DNA of 50,407 nt, from positions 1-50,407 of IMG/VR virus record IMGVR_UViG_3300045988_150894. One strand, given 5' to 3'. This DNA is from a virus. The notes below the pieces were generated by a model. It saw only the letters and a program-made list of their open reading frames with translations, was not told where the DNA came from and searched no databases. This document shows, one piece after another, positions 36,374 through 44,943 of this stretch (position 1 is its first letter; each line of letters begins with the position of its first letter). The translations under genes and the position numbers were made by a program.

Positions 36374-36446
36374 CATAGTTGCATTTATAATAGGTGCTTT
36401 GTTTGGTTTAGCTTGTTTAGCTATATTTAACAGTAACAAAAGATGA
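36363..36446 (+). CDS. Possible 27-aa single-TM micro-ORF
   Basis: 'MISNIVAFIIGALFGLACLAIFNSNKR'. It bridges the VRR-NUC and SNF2 genes, and its stop overlaps the SNF2 ATG (ATGA). It is below the ORF-track cutoff. Confidence 0.25.
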   Translation: MISNIVAFIIGALFGLACLAIFNSNKR

Positions 36447-37882
36447 AAGAAACAGATTTACATAAATACCAATTAGCTTGCGTGCAGCATATAATCGAGC
36501 ATCCATTTTGCGGTGTATTTGTAGATATGGGCCTTGGCAAAACCATATCAACTCTTACTGCTATAAATTATTTGATGTTTGATTATTGTGAAGTTAATTC
36601 TGTATTAGTTATAGCTCCAAAACGAGTGGCTGAGTCAGTTTGGCAAGAAGAAGCAGAGAAATGGGAACATACAAAGCATTTGCGCTTTTCTAAGATTATA
36701 GGTACTGCTAAACAGCGAATAGCAGCTGTTATGGAAACAAAAGCTGATATTTATATCATATCAAGAGATAATGTTGCATGGCTTTGTGCTTTATATGGCG
36801 GAGGCAAATTACCTTTTGATATGGTAGTAGTCGATGAGCTTAGCAGTTTTAAGTCTTATAAGTCAGAGCGTTTTAAGGCATTACGCGGCGCAAGACCTTA
36901 TCTTAAAAGGTTAGTAGGACTAACTGGTACACCCGCTCCTAATGGTCTTATTGAATTATGGCCTCAAATATATCTTATGGATAGAGGCGAACGCCTTGAA
37001 AAGACAATATCCAGATACAGAGAGAAATATTTTCGGCCAGGCCAAACAAATGGTCATGTCGTATATTCTTATGATTTGATGAGTGATTCAGAATATCTCA
37101 TTCATAAGAAAATAGAGGACATTTGCATAAGTATGAAAGCCGATGATTATCTTGAAATGCCATTTAGGACAGATAACTATATAAAGCTTAGAATGCCTGA
37201 AGCTCTAAAGAAGCAATACGATGATTTTGAAAAGAATAAAGTGCTTGACTTAATAAGTGCTACTGAAACGATTGAGCAAGAAGACGAAAATGGTAATTCA
37301 GTATTTGTTGAAAAGCCTGTGGAAGTAAACGTAGTCAATGCCGCTGCCCTTTCAAATAAATTACTTCAATTTGCTAATGGAGCTATATATGATGAAGAAA
37401 GAAATGTGTTTCCAATTCATGATATTAAGCTTGAAGCTCTTAAGGAGATAATTGAAGATGCAAATGGCCAATCTGTGCTTGTAGCATGGACCTATCAATT
37501 CGATAGGGATAGAATCGTGGAATATCTTAAAAAATATAAGCCAAGAGAGCTTAAAAACAATAAAGATATTGAAGACTGGAATGCCGGCAAAATACAAGTC
37601 ATGTTAGCTCACCCAGCATCAGCAGGACATGGACTTAATCTTCAAGCAGGTGGAAACTTAATAGTTTGGTTTGGGCAAACATGGAGTCTTGAATTATATC
37701 AGCAGTTTAATGCTCGATTATATCGACAAGGACAGCAAAATCATGTCGTTATAAATCATTTGATATTGCAAGGCACTCATGATGAAGACGTAATCAGAGC
37801 ACTTAAAGCAAAAGATAAAAAGCAAAATGCCTTAATGGATAGCATAAAAGCAAAAATTGACAAATATAAAAAATTTATGTAA
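36443..37882 (+). CDS. SNF2/Rad54-family helicase (SF2 ATPase)
   Basis: Motif I 'DMGLGKT'. Motif II 'VVVDELSSFK'. C-terminal helicase motifs 'AGHGLNLQ' and 'QQFNARLYRQGQ'. Confidence 0.88.
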   Translation: MKETDLHKYQLACVQHIIEHPFCGVFVDMGLGKTISTLTAINYLMFDYCEVNSVLVIAPKRVAESVWQEEAEKWEHTKHLRFSKIIGTAKQRIAAVMETKADIYIISRDNVAWLCALYGGGKLPFDMVVVDELSSFKSYKSERFKALRGARPYLKRLVGLTGTPAPNGLIELWPQIYLMDRGERLEKTISRYREKYFRPGQTNGHVVYSYDLMSDSEYLIHKKIEDICISMKADDYLEMPFRTDNYIKLRMPEALKKQYDDFEKNKVLDLISATETIEQEDENGNSVFVEKPVEVNVVNAAALSNKLLQFANGAIYDEERNVFPIHDIKLEALKEIIEDANGQSVLVAWTYQFDRDRIVEYLKKYKPRELKNNKDIEDWNAGKIQVMLAHPASAGHGLNLQAGGNLIVWFGQTWSLELYQQFNARLYRQGQQNHVVINHLILQGTHDEDVIRALKAKDKKQNALMDSIKAKIDKYKKFM

Positions 37883-37883
37883 T

Positions 37884-38204
37884 ATGGGACGTAATGGAAA
37901 ACAAGCTCCGGTATTTCCGGAAATGGTAAAATTTGTTAACGATAATGTTGGCAAAGTAGTAAGTTCAAAAGAAATTCTGCTTGGTAAAGAACCAGGTAGA
38001 AACTCAGAAACTGCATATCTTTATAAGTTTGTAAAACTTGGGTATGTAGAGCCTGTAGGCGATAATAGCTTTGTTAAAGACAAAACAGCAAGCTTTAAGG
38101 TGATAAAAGAATTTCCTAAACATTACAATTCTGTTATGTTTATGGATGAACTGAGAGTGGCAAATGGGTATATACCAGATAATCGTAGACGTAAAGTATA
38201 TTGA
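37884..38204 (+). CDS. Hypothetical protein
   Basis: The ORF track starts at 37857; the first non-overlapping ATG is at 37884 ('MGRNGKQAPV'). Confidence 0.6.
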   Translation: MGRNGKQAPVFPEMVKFVNDNVGKVVSSKEILLGKEPGRNSETAYLYKFVKLGYVEPVGDNSFVKDKTASFKVIKEFPKHYNSVMFMDELRVANGYIPDNRRRKVY

Positions 38205-38205
38205 T

Positions 38206-38580
38206 ATGAAAGCAACAGATGTACAAATAGGTGGTAACCATTATAAAGATATGGCTATGCAACCAATAGAGCTTATAACTGCTTTAAGATGCTCTTTTAT
38301 ACAAGGATGCATTATAAAATATATTAGTAGGTATAAAGCTAAAAATGGAGCGCAGGATATAAAGAAATGTATTCATTATGCTCAGTTAGCTATTCAGTTA
38401 GGAAATAAAAGAAGATGCAATGATAAAGCTCTCTCTCTTAATATAAATAAGTTTATTATTAAAAATAAGCTAACGATACTTCAGCGGAGAATTATTACTC
38501 AAACTGCATATAATAACTATGAGCAAGTTATTCAATTTTGCAAAGAATTACTGCAAATAGAATATCCAGAAGAGCAATAA
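38206..38580 (+). CDS. DUF3310-type protein
   Basis: An ATG at 38206 gives 'MKATDVQIGGNHYKDMAMQPIELI...IKYISRYKAKNGAQDIKKCIHYAQLAI', which fits the DUF3310 pattern (recollection). Confidence 0.6.
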   Translation: MKATDVQIGGNHYKDMAMQPIELITALRCSFIQGCIIKYISRYKAKNGAQDIKKCIHYAQLAIQLGNKRRCNDKALSLNINKFIIKNKLTILQRRIITQTAYNNYEQVIQFCKELLQIEYPEEQ

Positions 38581-38653
38581 AATCTGGCCAAGTTAAGAAG
38601 TGTTAAGTGAGTGCATTTTATAATGAAAAAATTTTCTATTCTCGGAGAAAATT

Positions 38654-38669
38654 AGTATATTTGCATATC
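38654..38669 (+). promoter_or_regulatory. Bacteroidota-type promoter -7 box (agTATATTTGcatatc)
   Basis: TAnnTTTG match 24 nt upstream of the ATG at 38687. An ATTCTCGG half-motif lies at 38638-38645, just upstream. Confidence 0.7.
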
Positions 38670-38686
38670 TAAATAAAGATAATAAA

Positions 38687-38935
38687 ATGGACAAGAAAAG
38701 AACCTTTCAGCAAATAGCCAAAGATATAAAGTCAACATGGCTTAATGTATATTTTGGCGCAGTGCCTTATTTAGAGGCAATGCTAACACTTGATACTTCA
38801 GATCCGAATGCTATGTATTTTTATGATACTGCAGGAGATATTGTTAGATACTTCTTGGCAAATGCACAAACATTTAGAGGTGCTGATGCAAAAAGATTAA
38901 AAGCAGAACTTAAAACTTTAATAAACAATGGCTAA
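38687..38935 (+). CDS. Hypothetical protein
   Basis: 82-aa ORF downstream of the promoter box. Confidence 0.65.
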   Translation: MDKKRTFQQIAKDIKSTWLNVYFGAVPYLEAMLTLDTSDPNAMYFYDTAGDIVRYFLANAQTFRGADAKRLKAELKTLINNG

Positions 38936-39209
38936 CATTTTAGAACAAGCAAACAAAATCGTAAATGAGCGCTCAGAAGAAAAAGAGCGTCAGTATGGAC
39001 CATTTGTAGAGTCTATGAAACGCGCTACTGCTATTTATAATAGCATGTCACCCAATAATGAACAAATATCGGTAGAAGGAATGTATAGAGCCATGATTGC
39101 TCTTAAACTATCACGTGAAGCTTATAGGCACAAAGAAGATAACTTGCTTGATGCAGTTGCTTATATGGGCGCATTAAATAATTACCTTGAACTTAATAAC
39201 TCAAAATGA
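38928..39209 (+). CDS. DUF6378-like protein
   Basis: 'ERSEEKERQYGPFVESMKRATAIY...MIALKLSREAYRHKEDNLLDAVAYMGAL' fits a common phage family pattern (recollection). Confidence 0.5.
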   Translation: MANILEQANKIVNERSEEKERQYGPFVESMKRATAIYNSMSPNNEQISVEGMYRAMIALKLSREAYRHKEDNLLDAVAYMGALNNYLELNNSK

Positions 39210-39210
39210 T

Positions 39211-39933
39211 ATGACACAGAAAACAGATTTTGAAGCTATAAAAGCTGAAATTCTTAATCGCGCTAAAGCAGCTAAAGCATGTACTGAGCAATACAGCCGA
39301 GCATATAAATCTGAAACACTTCAAGAATTATGCAGCGTTATTAAAGACAATTTTCGTTGGTGCTTTATCAACAAAGTTATTACTTCTAACTTGCTAATGC
39401 AATATCGTGAGGATTTTGCTCAAAATGATATATTTATCAACATTTCGGTTCGGTCTGGGTTTCTTTTGTGCGACAATGCCACAGTAGAAGCATGTGGCAA
39501 TGCCACAGTAGAAGCATGCGACAATGCCACAGTGAAAGCATGCGACAATGCCACAGTGAAAGCATGGGACAATGCCACAGTGAAAGCATGGGACAATGCC
39601 ACAGTAGAAGCATGTGGCAATGCCACAGTAGAAGCATGCGACAATGCCACAGTGAAAGCATGCGACAATGCCACAGTGAAAGCATGGGACAATGTCACAG
39701 TGAAAGCATGGGACAATGTCACAGTGAAAGCATGGGACAATGCCACAGTGAAAGCATGGGGCAATGTCACAGTAGAAGCATGGGGTAATGCCACAGTAGA
39801 AGCATGGGACAATGCCTATTGTACTTCACACCGTATTATAGAATGCAAATTATCTAACAATGCTATTTATAGAGTAAAAAGCACAAATACTGTGTATTAT
39901 TCATCTGACAACATAAATTTTATTAAACAATAA
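39211..39933 (+). CDS. Octapeptide-repeat protein: about 14.5 tandem copies of [DG]N[AV]TV[EK]A[CW]
   Basis: An ATG at 39211 overlaps the upstream stop (ATGATATG); the ORF track starts at TTG 39187. The repeat block runs 'CDNATVEACGNATVEACDNATVKACDNATVKAWDNATVKAW...' and predicts a regular beta-solenoid-like fold. Confidence 0.75.
   Translation: MTQKTDFEAIKAEILNRAKAAKACTEQYSRAYKSETLQELCSVIKDNFRWCFINKVITSNLLMQYREDFAQNDIFINISVRSGFLLCDNATVEACGNATVEACDNATVKACDNATVKAWDNATVKAWDNATVEACGNATVEACDNATVKACDNATVKAWDNVTVKAWDNVTVKAWDNATVKAWGNVTVEAWGNATVEAWDNAYCTSHRIIECKLSNNAIYRVKSTNTVYYSSDNINFIKQ
39469..39816 (+). repeat. 24-bp tandem repeat array with a 120-bp (5-unit) higher-order duplication
   Basis: 39472-39591 is repeated at 39592-39711 with a single G-to-T difference at 39695. 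All six frames are open across it. Confidence 0.9.
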
Positions 39934-39935
39934 TT

Positions 39936-40757
39936 ATGGCAAAAGTTTACAACACAACAGACCTCAGACCTGACCAGGCCTTTGAGCGTCACGTATTCCA
40001 CAGAGACCAATTTGCACATTATCTGCGATGGACTCATATCTTGAAAGAAGCTAAGATTGGCGAGTCCATTGTTGATTTTGGCTGTGGAGCTGCTAACTTG
40101 CTTGAGGTATTATACAGAAACAAGTTTAAGCAGAAAGAATATATCGGTATCGATATTCGCGAAAAAACAATTCAAGAAGCAGCTGAGAAGTATGCCAATG
40201 TACCTTGGGCTCATTTCTATGTTGCTGACCTTGTTAAAAACTACATGGATTTCAGCAAGTTTAATGCTGACAAAGTCTGTGCTTTTGAAGTGCTCGAGCA
40301 TGTTGGCAAACAGAATGCAGATGCATTTCTGGAGAACTTCAAGGCTTGTGGCAATAATAATGCTACTTATTACCTTTCAACTCCAAACTATGACCCATCT
40401 GTAGGAGCAGCTGGTAATCATACTTATGACTCAGGCGATGGCCGCGGAGTTGATGTGCAAGAGTTTGACCATTGGGAGCTTGAAGGCATATTGCTGAAAC
40501 ATTTCAACATAGTAAAGAAGTTCGGTACATTTGCTTCGGCTAAAGACTATAAGCCACTGATGAATGATTGGCAGCAGAAAATGTTTGATGCTCTTAAAGA
40601 GTATTATGACTCAAACCTCATTGCCAATATCATGGCTCCTATGTTCCCAGATGCTTCACGTAATACTATTTGGGTATTAAAGCGTAAGCCGGGAGATGTA
40701 AAAGTTGCTCCTAAAGCCACTGAGCAACCAAGTTTATTCGATGACGATTTAATGTAA
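39936..40757 (+). CDS. Class I SAM-dependent methyltransferase (substrate unknown)
   Basis: Motif I 'IVDFGCGAANLLE', a post-I acidic residue 'IGIDI' and 'AFEVLEHV'. No clear DPPY/NPPY DNA-methyltransferase motif was seen. Confidence 0.7.
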   Translation: MAKVYNTTDLRPDQAFERHVFHRDQFAHYLRWTHILKEAKIGESIVDFGCGAANLLEVLYRNKFKQKEYIGIDIREKTIQEAAEKYANVPWAHFYVADLVKNYMDFSKFNADKVCAFEVLEHVGKQNADAFLENFKACGNNNATYYLSTPNYDPSVGAAGNHTYDSGDGRGVDVQEFDHWELEGILLKHFNIVKKFGTFASAKDYKPLMNDWQQKMFDALKEYYDSNLIANIMAPMFPDASRNTIWVLKRKPGDVKVAPKATEQPSLFDDDLM

Positions 40758-40838
40758 CAGATATGTTGAACTTAATTGCTAATTTGGCATCATTATGAAA
40801 AGTTTAATTTCAGTAACTCCAAGAGAGTTTAAACGCAT

Positions 40839-41138
40839 ATGTGCATAACAACCAATCAGGAGATTGTTATCACTGTTCCTACGAGCAGAAAGTCAAATAC
40901 TCATGCAGAAATAGCCAAGCTTATTCCTGTAGAAGGAGGTATTAAGTATGAGTACAATAAAGAACTTATGAATAAGCATGGCATTAATGCTTCTAATCCT
41001 AAGCTTTCAAAAATTGGAGCTATCATGGCTGATGCTTTTGAAAAAGAAGGAGTTTACAGCCTTATAAGTCCAGAAGTTGAACATAGACTTGCTAGAGCTG
41101 TAGAAACAGCAGCTAAGGAACTTGTTAAAATGATGTAG
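40839..41138 (+). CDS. Hypothetical protein
   Basis: 99-aa ORF. Confidence 0.6.
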   Translation: MCITTNQEIVITVPTSRKSNTHAEIAKLIPVEGGIKYEYNKELMNKHGINASNPKLSKIGAIMADAFEKEGVYSLISPEVEHRLARAVETAAKELVKMM

Positions 41139-41140
41139 TC

Positions 41141-41635
41141 ATGAAATTTGCAAAAATAAGAAATGTAAAGTCCCCTGTTCGTGGGACTGGTAAAGCAGCA
41201 GGAATTGATTTTTTCGTTCCTAACTTTGGCAGTAACAAAGGCTTTATTGTAAATCCAGGAACTGATGTTTTGATACCATCAGGTATTAAGATGGAAATTC
41301 CAGAAGGATATATGCTTATGGCAGCTGATAAATCAGGAGTTGTAACTTCTAAATGGGCTTGCCTTGGAGCTGGTAGAACACCGAAAGCAGAAGCATTTGA
41401 AAGCATCGTTATCCTCGGAGCTAAGATTGTAGATGAAGATTACCAAGGTGAAATTCATATACATGTTGTTAATGTCGGTAAAGCCAAGGTCCACATTAAG
41501 CCAGGTATGAAAATAGCACAATTTATTCTTGTGCCTGTTTCTTATGAAGGACTTGAAGAAGTACCTGAAGCAGAGCTTTTTAGTCGCCCTTCTGAAAGAG
41601 GTAATGGAGCATTAGGGTCTACGGGCTCATTTTAA
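41141..41635 (+). CDS. dut: Trimeric dUTPase-family dNTP pyrophosphatase
   Basis: Motif 'AAGIDFFVP', 'GAKIVDEDYQGEIHIHV', and C-terminal 'ERGNGALGSTGSF'. Confidence 0.85.
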   Translation: MKFAKIRNVKSPVRGTGKAAGIDFFVPNFGSNKGFIVNPGTDVLIPSGIKMEIPEGYMLMAADKSGVVTSKWACLGAGRTPKAEAFESIVILGAKIVDEDYQGEIHIHVVNVGKAKVHIKPGMKIAQFILVPVSYEGLEEVPEAELFSRPSERGNGALGSTGSF

Positions 41636-41663
41636 AAATAGTTGCTAAATTAAAAATTTAATT

Positions 41664-42116
41664 ATGAAAGCAATTGGAATTAAAATGGTTGACTTACAAC
41701 CAATGACAGCTAATGAAGCTGTAGAAAAAGGTTATAAAACAAATAACTATGTAGGCGAAGAAAAAGGCTATGAAGTAACTTATCCAGATGGTTATAAATC
41801 TTGGTCACCTAAAGCTGTTGCTGATAAGGCTTATTTTAAACTGGTCGATGAGCATGACGAAACAATTAAGCAAGAAGACATTGAAAGATTTGTCGCTAAA
41901 GAAAGTGTTACAACAGCCGGAAGTAAAAATACAGTAGTTACTCTTACTACAATTACTGGCTTTGAAGCTAATGGCATTTCTTCATGCGTAAAACCAGAAA
42001 ATTATGATGTTAACATAGGCAAAAAGTTTGCTAGGCTGCACGCAATAGACCAAATATGGGTTGGCTTAAGGTTTGTTCTCCAATGGGCAAAATATGGCCT
42101 AACATTTGATAAATAA
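41664..42116 (+). CDS. N4 gp49 / Sf6 gp66-family protein
   Basis: N-terminus 'GYEVTYPDGYKSWSPKAVADKAYFKL' and C-terminus 'TVVTLTTITGFEANGISSCVKPENYDVNIGKKFARLHAIDQIW' (family recalled from memory). Confidence 0.55.
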   Translation: MKAIGIKMVDLQPMTANEAVEKGYKTNNYVGEEKGYEVTYPDGYKSWSPKAVADKAYFKLVDEHDETIKQEDIERFVAKESVTTAGSKNTVVTLTTITGFEANGISSCVKPENYDVNIGKKFARLHAIDQIWVGLRFVLQWAKYGLTFDK

Positions 42117-42129
42117 TCAATTTATGCAT

Positions 42130-42216
42130 TATTCTCGCGCGTAATATCGCATGCAAAGTATGAAACAAAAGAAATATATTCAGAAAAACGCATGGGCTCT
42201 AGAGCGCGCGAGAATA
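42130..42216. promoter_or_regulatory. 12-bp inverted repeat TATTCTCGCGCG / CGCGCGAGAATA (42130-42141 and 42205-42216) with a 63-nt spacer
   Basis: Read directly. The architecture and spacing match the pair at 5075-5161 (61-nt spacer). Confidence 0.5.
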
Positions 42217-42231
42217 TATAAATCTTAAGCA

Positions 42232-42687
42232 ATGAAAAAGAAAGCAGTAGAAATACCAGAAGTTATTTATACAGACCAGTTTCTCAGATTTGTAGCAGTT
42301 TATGCTAACAGATTTAGAGCAACAAACGGTTATGGAAGATGGCTCGCTGAATATAAGCGAATGGATAGGCAAGGTATGTTTAAGCCTGAGAAGTTGAGAG
42401 AATTATATATCAAGATACTAGATGGCTCAAATACCTTATCATACATATATTGGGATGCTGTACATTATATATGCGTACAAGCGCTTGATGCAGCTAAAAC
42501 ATTTGCTTTAACCAATTCGTTTGAGATTAGAGTAATAACTGGTGAAATTGCTTTTAATGACGACGATGAAGAGCTCAAAGATTTATCCATGGAAGAAGCA
42601 TTAGCTATATGCAAAGCCATGAATGATGAAGCCGAAGAGCTTTTGTTTAGAGTTTACAATAGCAATACAAATAAACCTGTTAAATGA
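42232..42687 (+). CDS. Hypothetical protein
   Basis: 151-aa ORF. Confidence 0.7.
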   Translation: MKKKAVEIPEVIYTDQFLRFVAVYANRFRATNGYGRWLAEYKRMDRQGMFKPEKLRELYIKILDGSNTLSYIYWDAVHYICVQALDAAKTFALTNSFEIRVITGEIAFNDDDEELKDLSMEEALAICKAMNDEAEELLFRVYNSNTNKPVK

Positions 42688-42688
42688 T

Positions 42689-42850
42689 ATGGCAACAATA
42701 GCTGAAAATACTCTTATAATAGATAGTCCGGCTGACTTAGAAGCTGAGATGTGCCGATATAATTGCAATACAAAAGAAGAGCTTGAAGAAGTTCTCTGGT
42801 ATGACTATGACACAACTCTAGTGTTAAACTTTGAATACGAAGAAGCATGA
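42689..42850 (+). CDS. Small acidic hypothetical protein
   Basis: An ATG at 42689 lies 2 nt after the upstream stop ('MATIAENTLIID...'). The ORF track's longer version (42623) overlaps the upstream gene. Confidence 0.5.
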   Translation: MATIAENTLIIDSPADLEAEMCRYNCNTKEELEEVLWYDYDTTLVLNFEYEEA

Positions 42851-43527
42851 ATATAGCATATAAAAATGCAACTGAGGCTTTTGAGGACCTATATAGTTTT
42901 ATTATAGGTCAAGGAGTAAAAACTAATGTTGGAACAAAGGCTGTTTACAATGTTGGCTTTTATTTACGTAATCCTCAGCAACGCGTTATAACAACAGAAT
43001 GGCGCAAATTCAGTGAACGATATGCAGAGCGCGAATATGCCTGGTATATGTCTGGAGATAGGAGTGTAGCTGAAATTAAAAAGCATGCTCCTATGTGGGA
43101 TAAAATGCATGGTGGAGATAACATTGTCAATTCTAATTATGGATGGCAGTGGACTCGCAATCACCAATTGGCAAAGTGCATTGAACAGCTTAAAGAGAAT
43201 AAAGATACTCGTCAAGCTTGGTTTACTATATTTGATGGTAAAGAAAAAGATGACTATAAATATGATACACCTTGTACGCTATCAGTCGGATTTGATATTA
43301 AGCCTCAAATAGGAACTCTTGATATGTGTGTAACTATGCGAAGCAATGATTTGGTTTATGGCTTTTGCAATGACCAGTATTGTTGGACAAAACTTCAACA
43401 ATTAGTTGCGGATGAGCTCGGTGTGCCAATAGGCACTTATTACCATTTTGCTCATGATTTGCATATATATAAGAGACATTTCGATATGCAAGAAAAGTAT
43501 TATAAACAACAACTTAAAAACTTATAA
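42847..43527 (+). CDS. Thymidylate-synthase-fold pyrimidine hydroxymethylase, T4 gp42 (dCMP hydroxymethylase)-like
   Basis: The motifs 'EYAWYMS', 'VNSNYGWQW', catalytic 'DTPCTLS', 'MRSNDLVYGFCNDQY' and 'AHDLHIYKRHF' parallel T4 gp42 'ELEWYKS', 'INSNYGWAIW', 'MCTNTV', 'MRSNDVVFGFRNDYA' and 'SLHVYSRHF', as recalled from memory. Asp occupies the position equivalent to ThyA Asn177. Confidence 0.75.
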   Translation: MNIAYKNATEAFEDLYSFIIGQGVKTNVGTKAVYNVGFYLRNPQQRVITTEWRKFSERYAEREYAWYMSGDRSVAEIKKHAPMWDKMHGGDNIVNSNYGWQWTRNHQLAKCIEQLKENKDTRQAWFTIFDGKEKDDYKYDTPCTLSVGFDIKPQIGTLDMCVTMRSNDLVYGFCNDQYCWTKLQQLVADELGVPIGTYYHFAHDLHIYKRHFDMQEKYYKQQLKNL

Positions 43528-43529
43528 AA

Positions 43530-44078
43530 ATGAGGCTGGAAGATTTGAAAGTTATTGATATTATTCAAATGCCTCAGTTTGAAAAGCATATCGAGGCTTT
43601 GATTAAGGATTTGTATCTAATTCGTACAAATATTATGAATGGAAGTCCTTATGTTCAATTCAAAAGAGGCCCCATTGAAAGATTACAAGAGAAAAAGGTA
43701 TTTGGGCCTAAAGCTCTTGCTGCTCTTTACGCGAAAGTAGTCGATAAGACTATAAATACAAGCGAATATCCTTCTATGCTTAGAACTTTTATTAAAAGAA
43801 TAGGTGATGAAGCTTTTCATAGAACTTATGTTGAATTAAAGCAAGCAGAAGAGCGAGAAAAAGTAGAAACAATAATGGTTAAAAGGAAGAAGATGAAAAA
43901 GGTGCTTAAATTTTTATGGAGATGTGTAGGTGTACTTTATTTCCCTATATATCTATTAGCATGGGTATTGCATAAAATAGCAAGACTCATGCTTGCAATT
44001 GCATATTTTGGATTGCTTAGCAAGCAAGCTGGAAAAGATATAATCAAGTCATTATTTAAGTGGCATGGAAGATATTAA
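43530..44078 (+). CDS. Hypothetical protein with a C-terminal membrane segment
   Basis: 182 aa; 'VGVLYFPIYLLAWVLHKIARLMLAIAYFGLL' is hydrophobic. Confidence 0.65.
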   Translation: MRLEDLKVIDIIQMPQFEKHIEALIKDLYLIRTNIMNGSPYVQFKRGPIERLQEKKVFGPKALAALYAKVVDKTINTSEYPSMLRTFIKRIGDEAFHRTYVELKQAEEREKVETIMVKRKKMKKVLKFLWRCVGVLYFPIYLLAWVLHKIARLMLAIAYFGLLSKQAGKDIIKSLFKWHGRY

Positions 44079-44943
44079 ACAATATGGAGACTTAACCGAA
44101 AAGGAACTCTTTGAATTTCTCGATGAAATTAAAAGCGATGATGAGGATATTCAAGAGGCTCAATCTGAGGCAATTGAAAAAATTACCTTGGAAGAAGAGC
44201 ATGTTGAATTATCTGAAGAAGAGCAGGAAAACAGAGAGATTGAAGCTAGATATGGAGATAAAATGTCATGGACAGGTTTAGGTCCAAACAATTGCCGAGG
44301 TGTAAAACTGTTTGGACCTGAGGGACAGCGCAGAGCTGCAATGGCTAGCATAGAAGCTAAAAGGAAAAAGTCTCAACGGCTTAAAGAAGATAGAATACGT
44401 ATTCAGCGTGAAGCTTTCAGGCAAGAATATATACGCCTGATTGACCCTATAGGAAATGAAAGGATTAAGCTGTTAGTTTCATCACTTGTTAAAGAGCACA
44501 CAAGAATGGTTGATAAATACTCAACTTATATAAACAAGCGATTAACTACTTTACTTAATCCTTTTATTCCACGTAGGTTAAGAATATGTAAAAGCTTATA
44601 TCCTGACTCAATTCGCCCATGCCCTGGCTTTTTATATAAAGCAAGTGAGGAATATGGTGCTGGATTAACTTTTTGGGCGATGCCGAATATCCCATATTAC
44701 TTTGCTCAAAATACAGAGCAGAAAGTTCTTATGGAGCATAAATCACCATTCTTGGTAAATGTGGACCAGTCTATAAAGTTCTATCATGAGCATCTTAAAA
44801 AAAGAGCAGACAAAGAGCTTAAATATGCTTCTTTAATATATCAAAAAGGCGTATATTCATACTTTGACCTGTTAAGGCTTAATCCATTTTGGTATGAAGT
44901 TTTATATAATGATTTGCAAAACAAGATTAAAGAAATGGTATGA
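44065..44943 (+). CDS. Hypothetical protein (acidic N-terminus)
   Basis: 292-aa ORF. Confidence 0.7.
   Translation: MEDIKQYGDLTEKELFEFLDEIKSDDEDIQEAQSEAIEKITLEEEHVELSEEEQENREIEARYGDKMSWTGLGPNNCRGVKLFGPEGQRRAAMASIEAKRKKSQRLKEDRIRIQREAFRQEYIRLIDPIGNERIKLLVSSLVKEHTRMVDKYSTYINKRLTTLLNPFIPRRLRICKSLYPDSIRPCPGFLYKASEEYGAGLTFWAMPNIPYYFAQNTEQKVLMEHKSPFLVNVDQSIKFYHEHLKKRADKELKYASLIYQKGVYSYFDLLRLNPFWYEVLYNDLQNKIKEMV

Noticed and set aside
39420-39812. ORFs 39420..39812 (-), 39437..39685 (-) and 39468..39788 (+) across the 24-bp repeat array
   Set aside because: A perfect 24-bp tandem repeat without stop codons is open in every frame. Only the 39211..39933 frame extends into unique flanking sequence with a coupled start.
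39469-39816. Possible CRISPR array (regular short repeats), also considered for 50223-50407
   Set aside because: The units are contiguous with no unique spacers and the first array lies inside a coding frame. The terminal array has 32-nt and 45-nt units sharing a 17-mer rather than a repeat-spacer structure. No cas genes are present.
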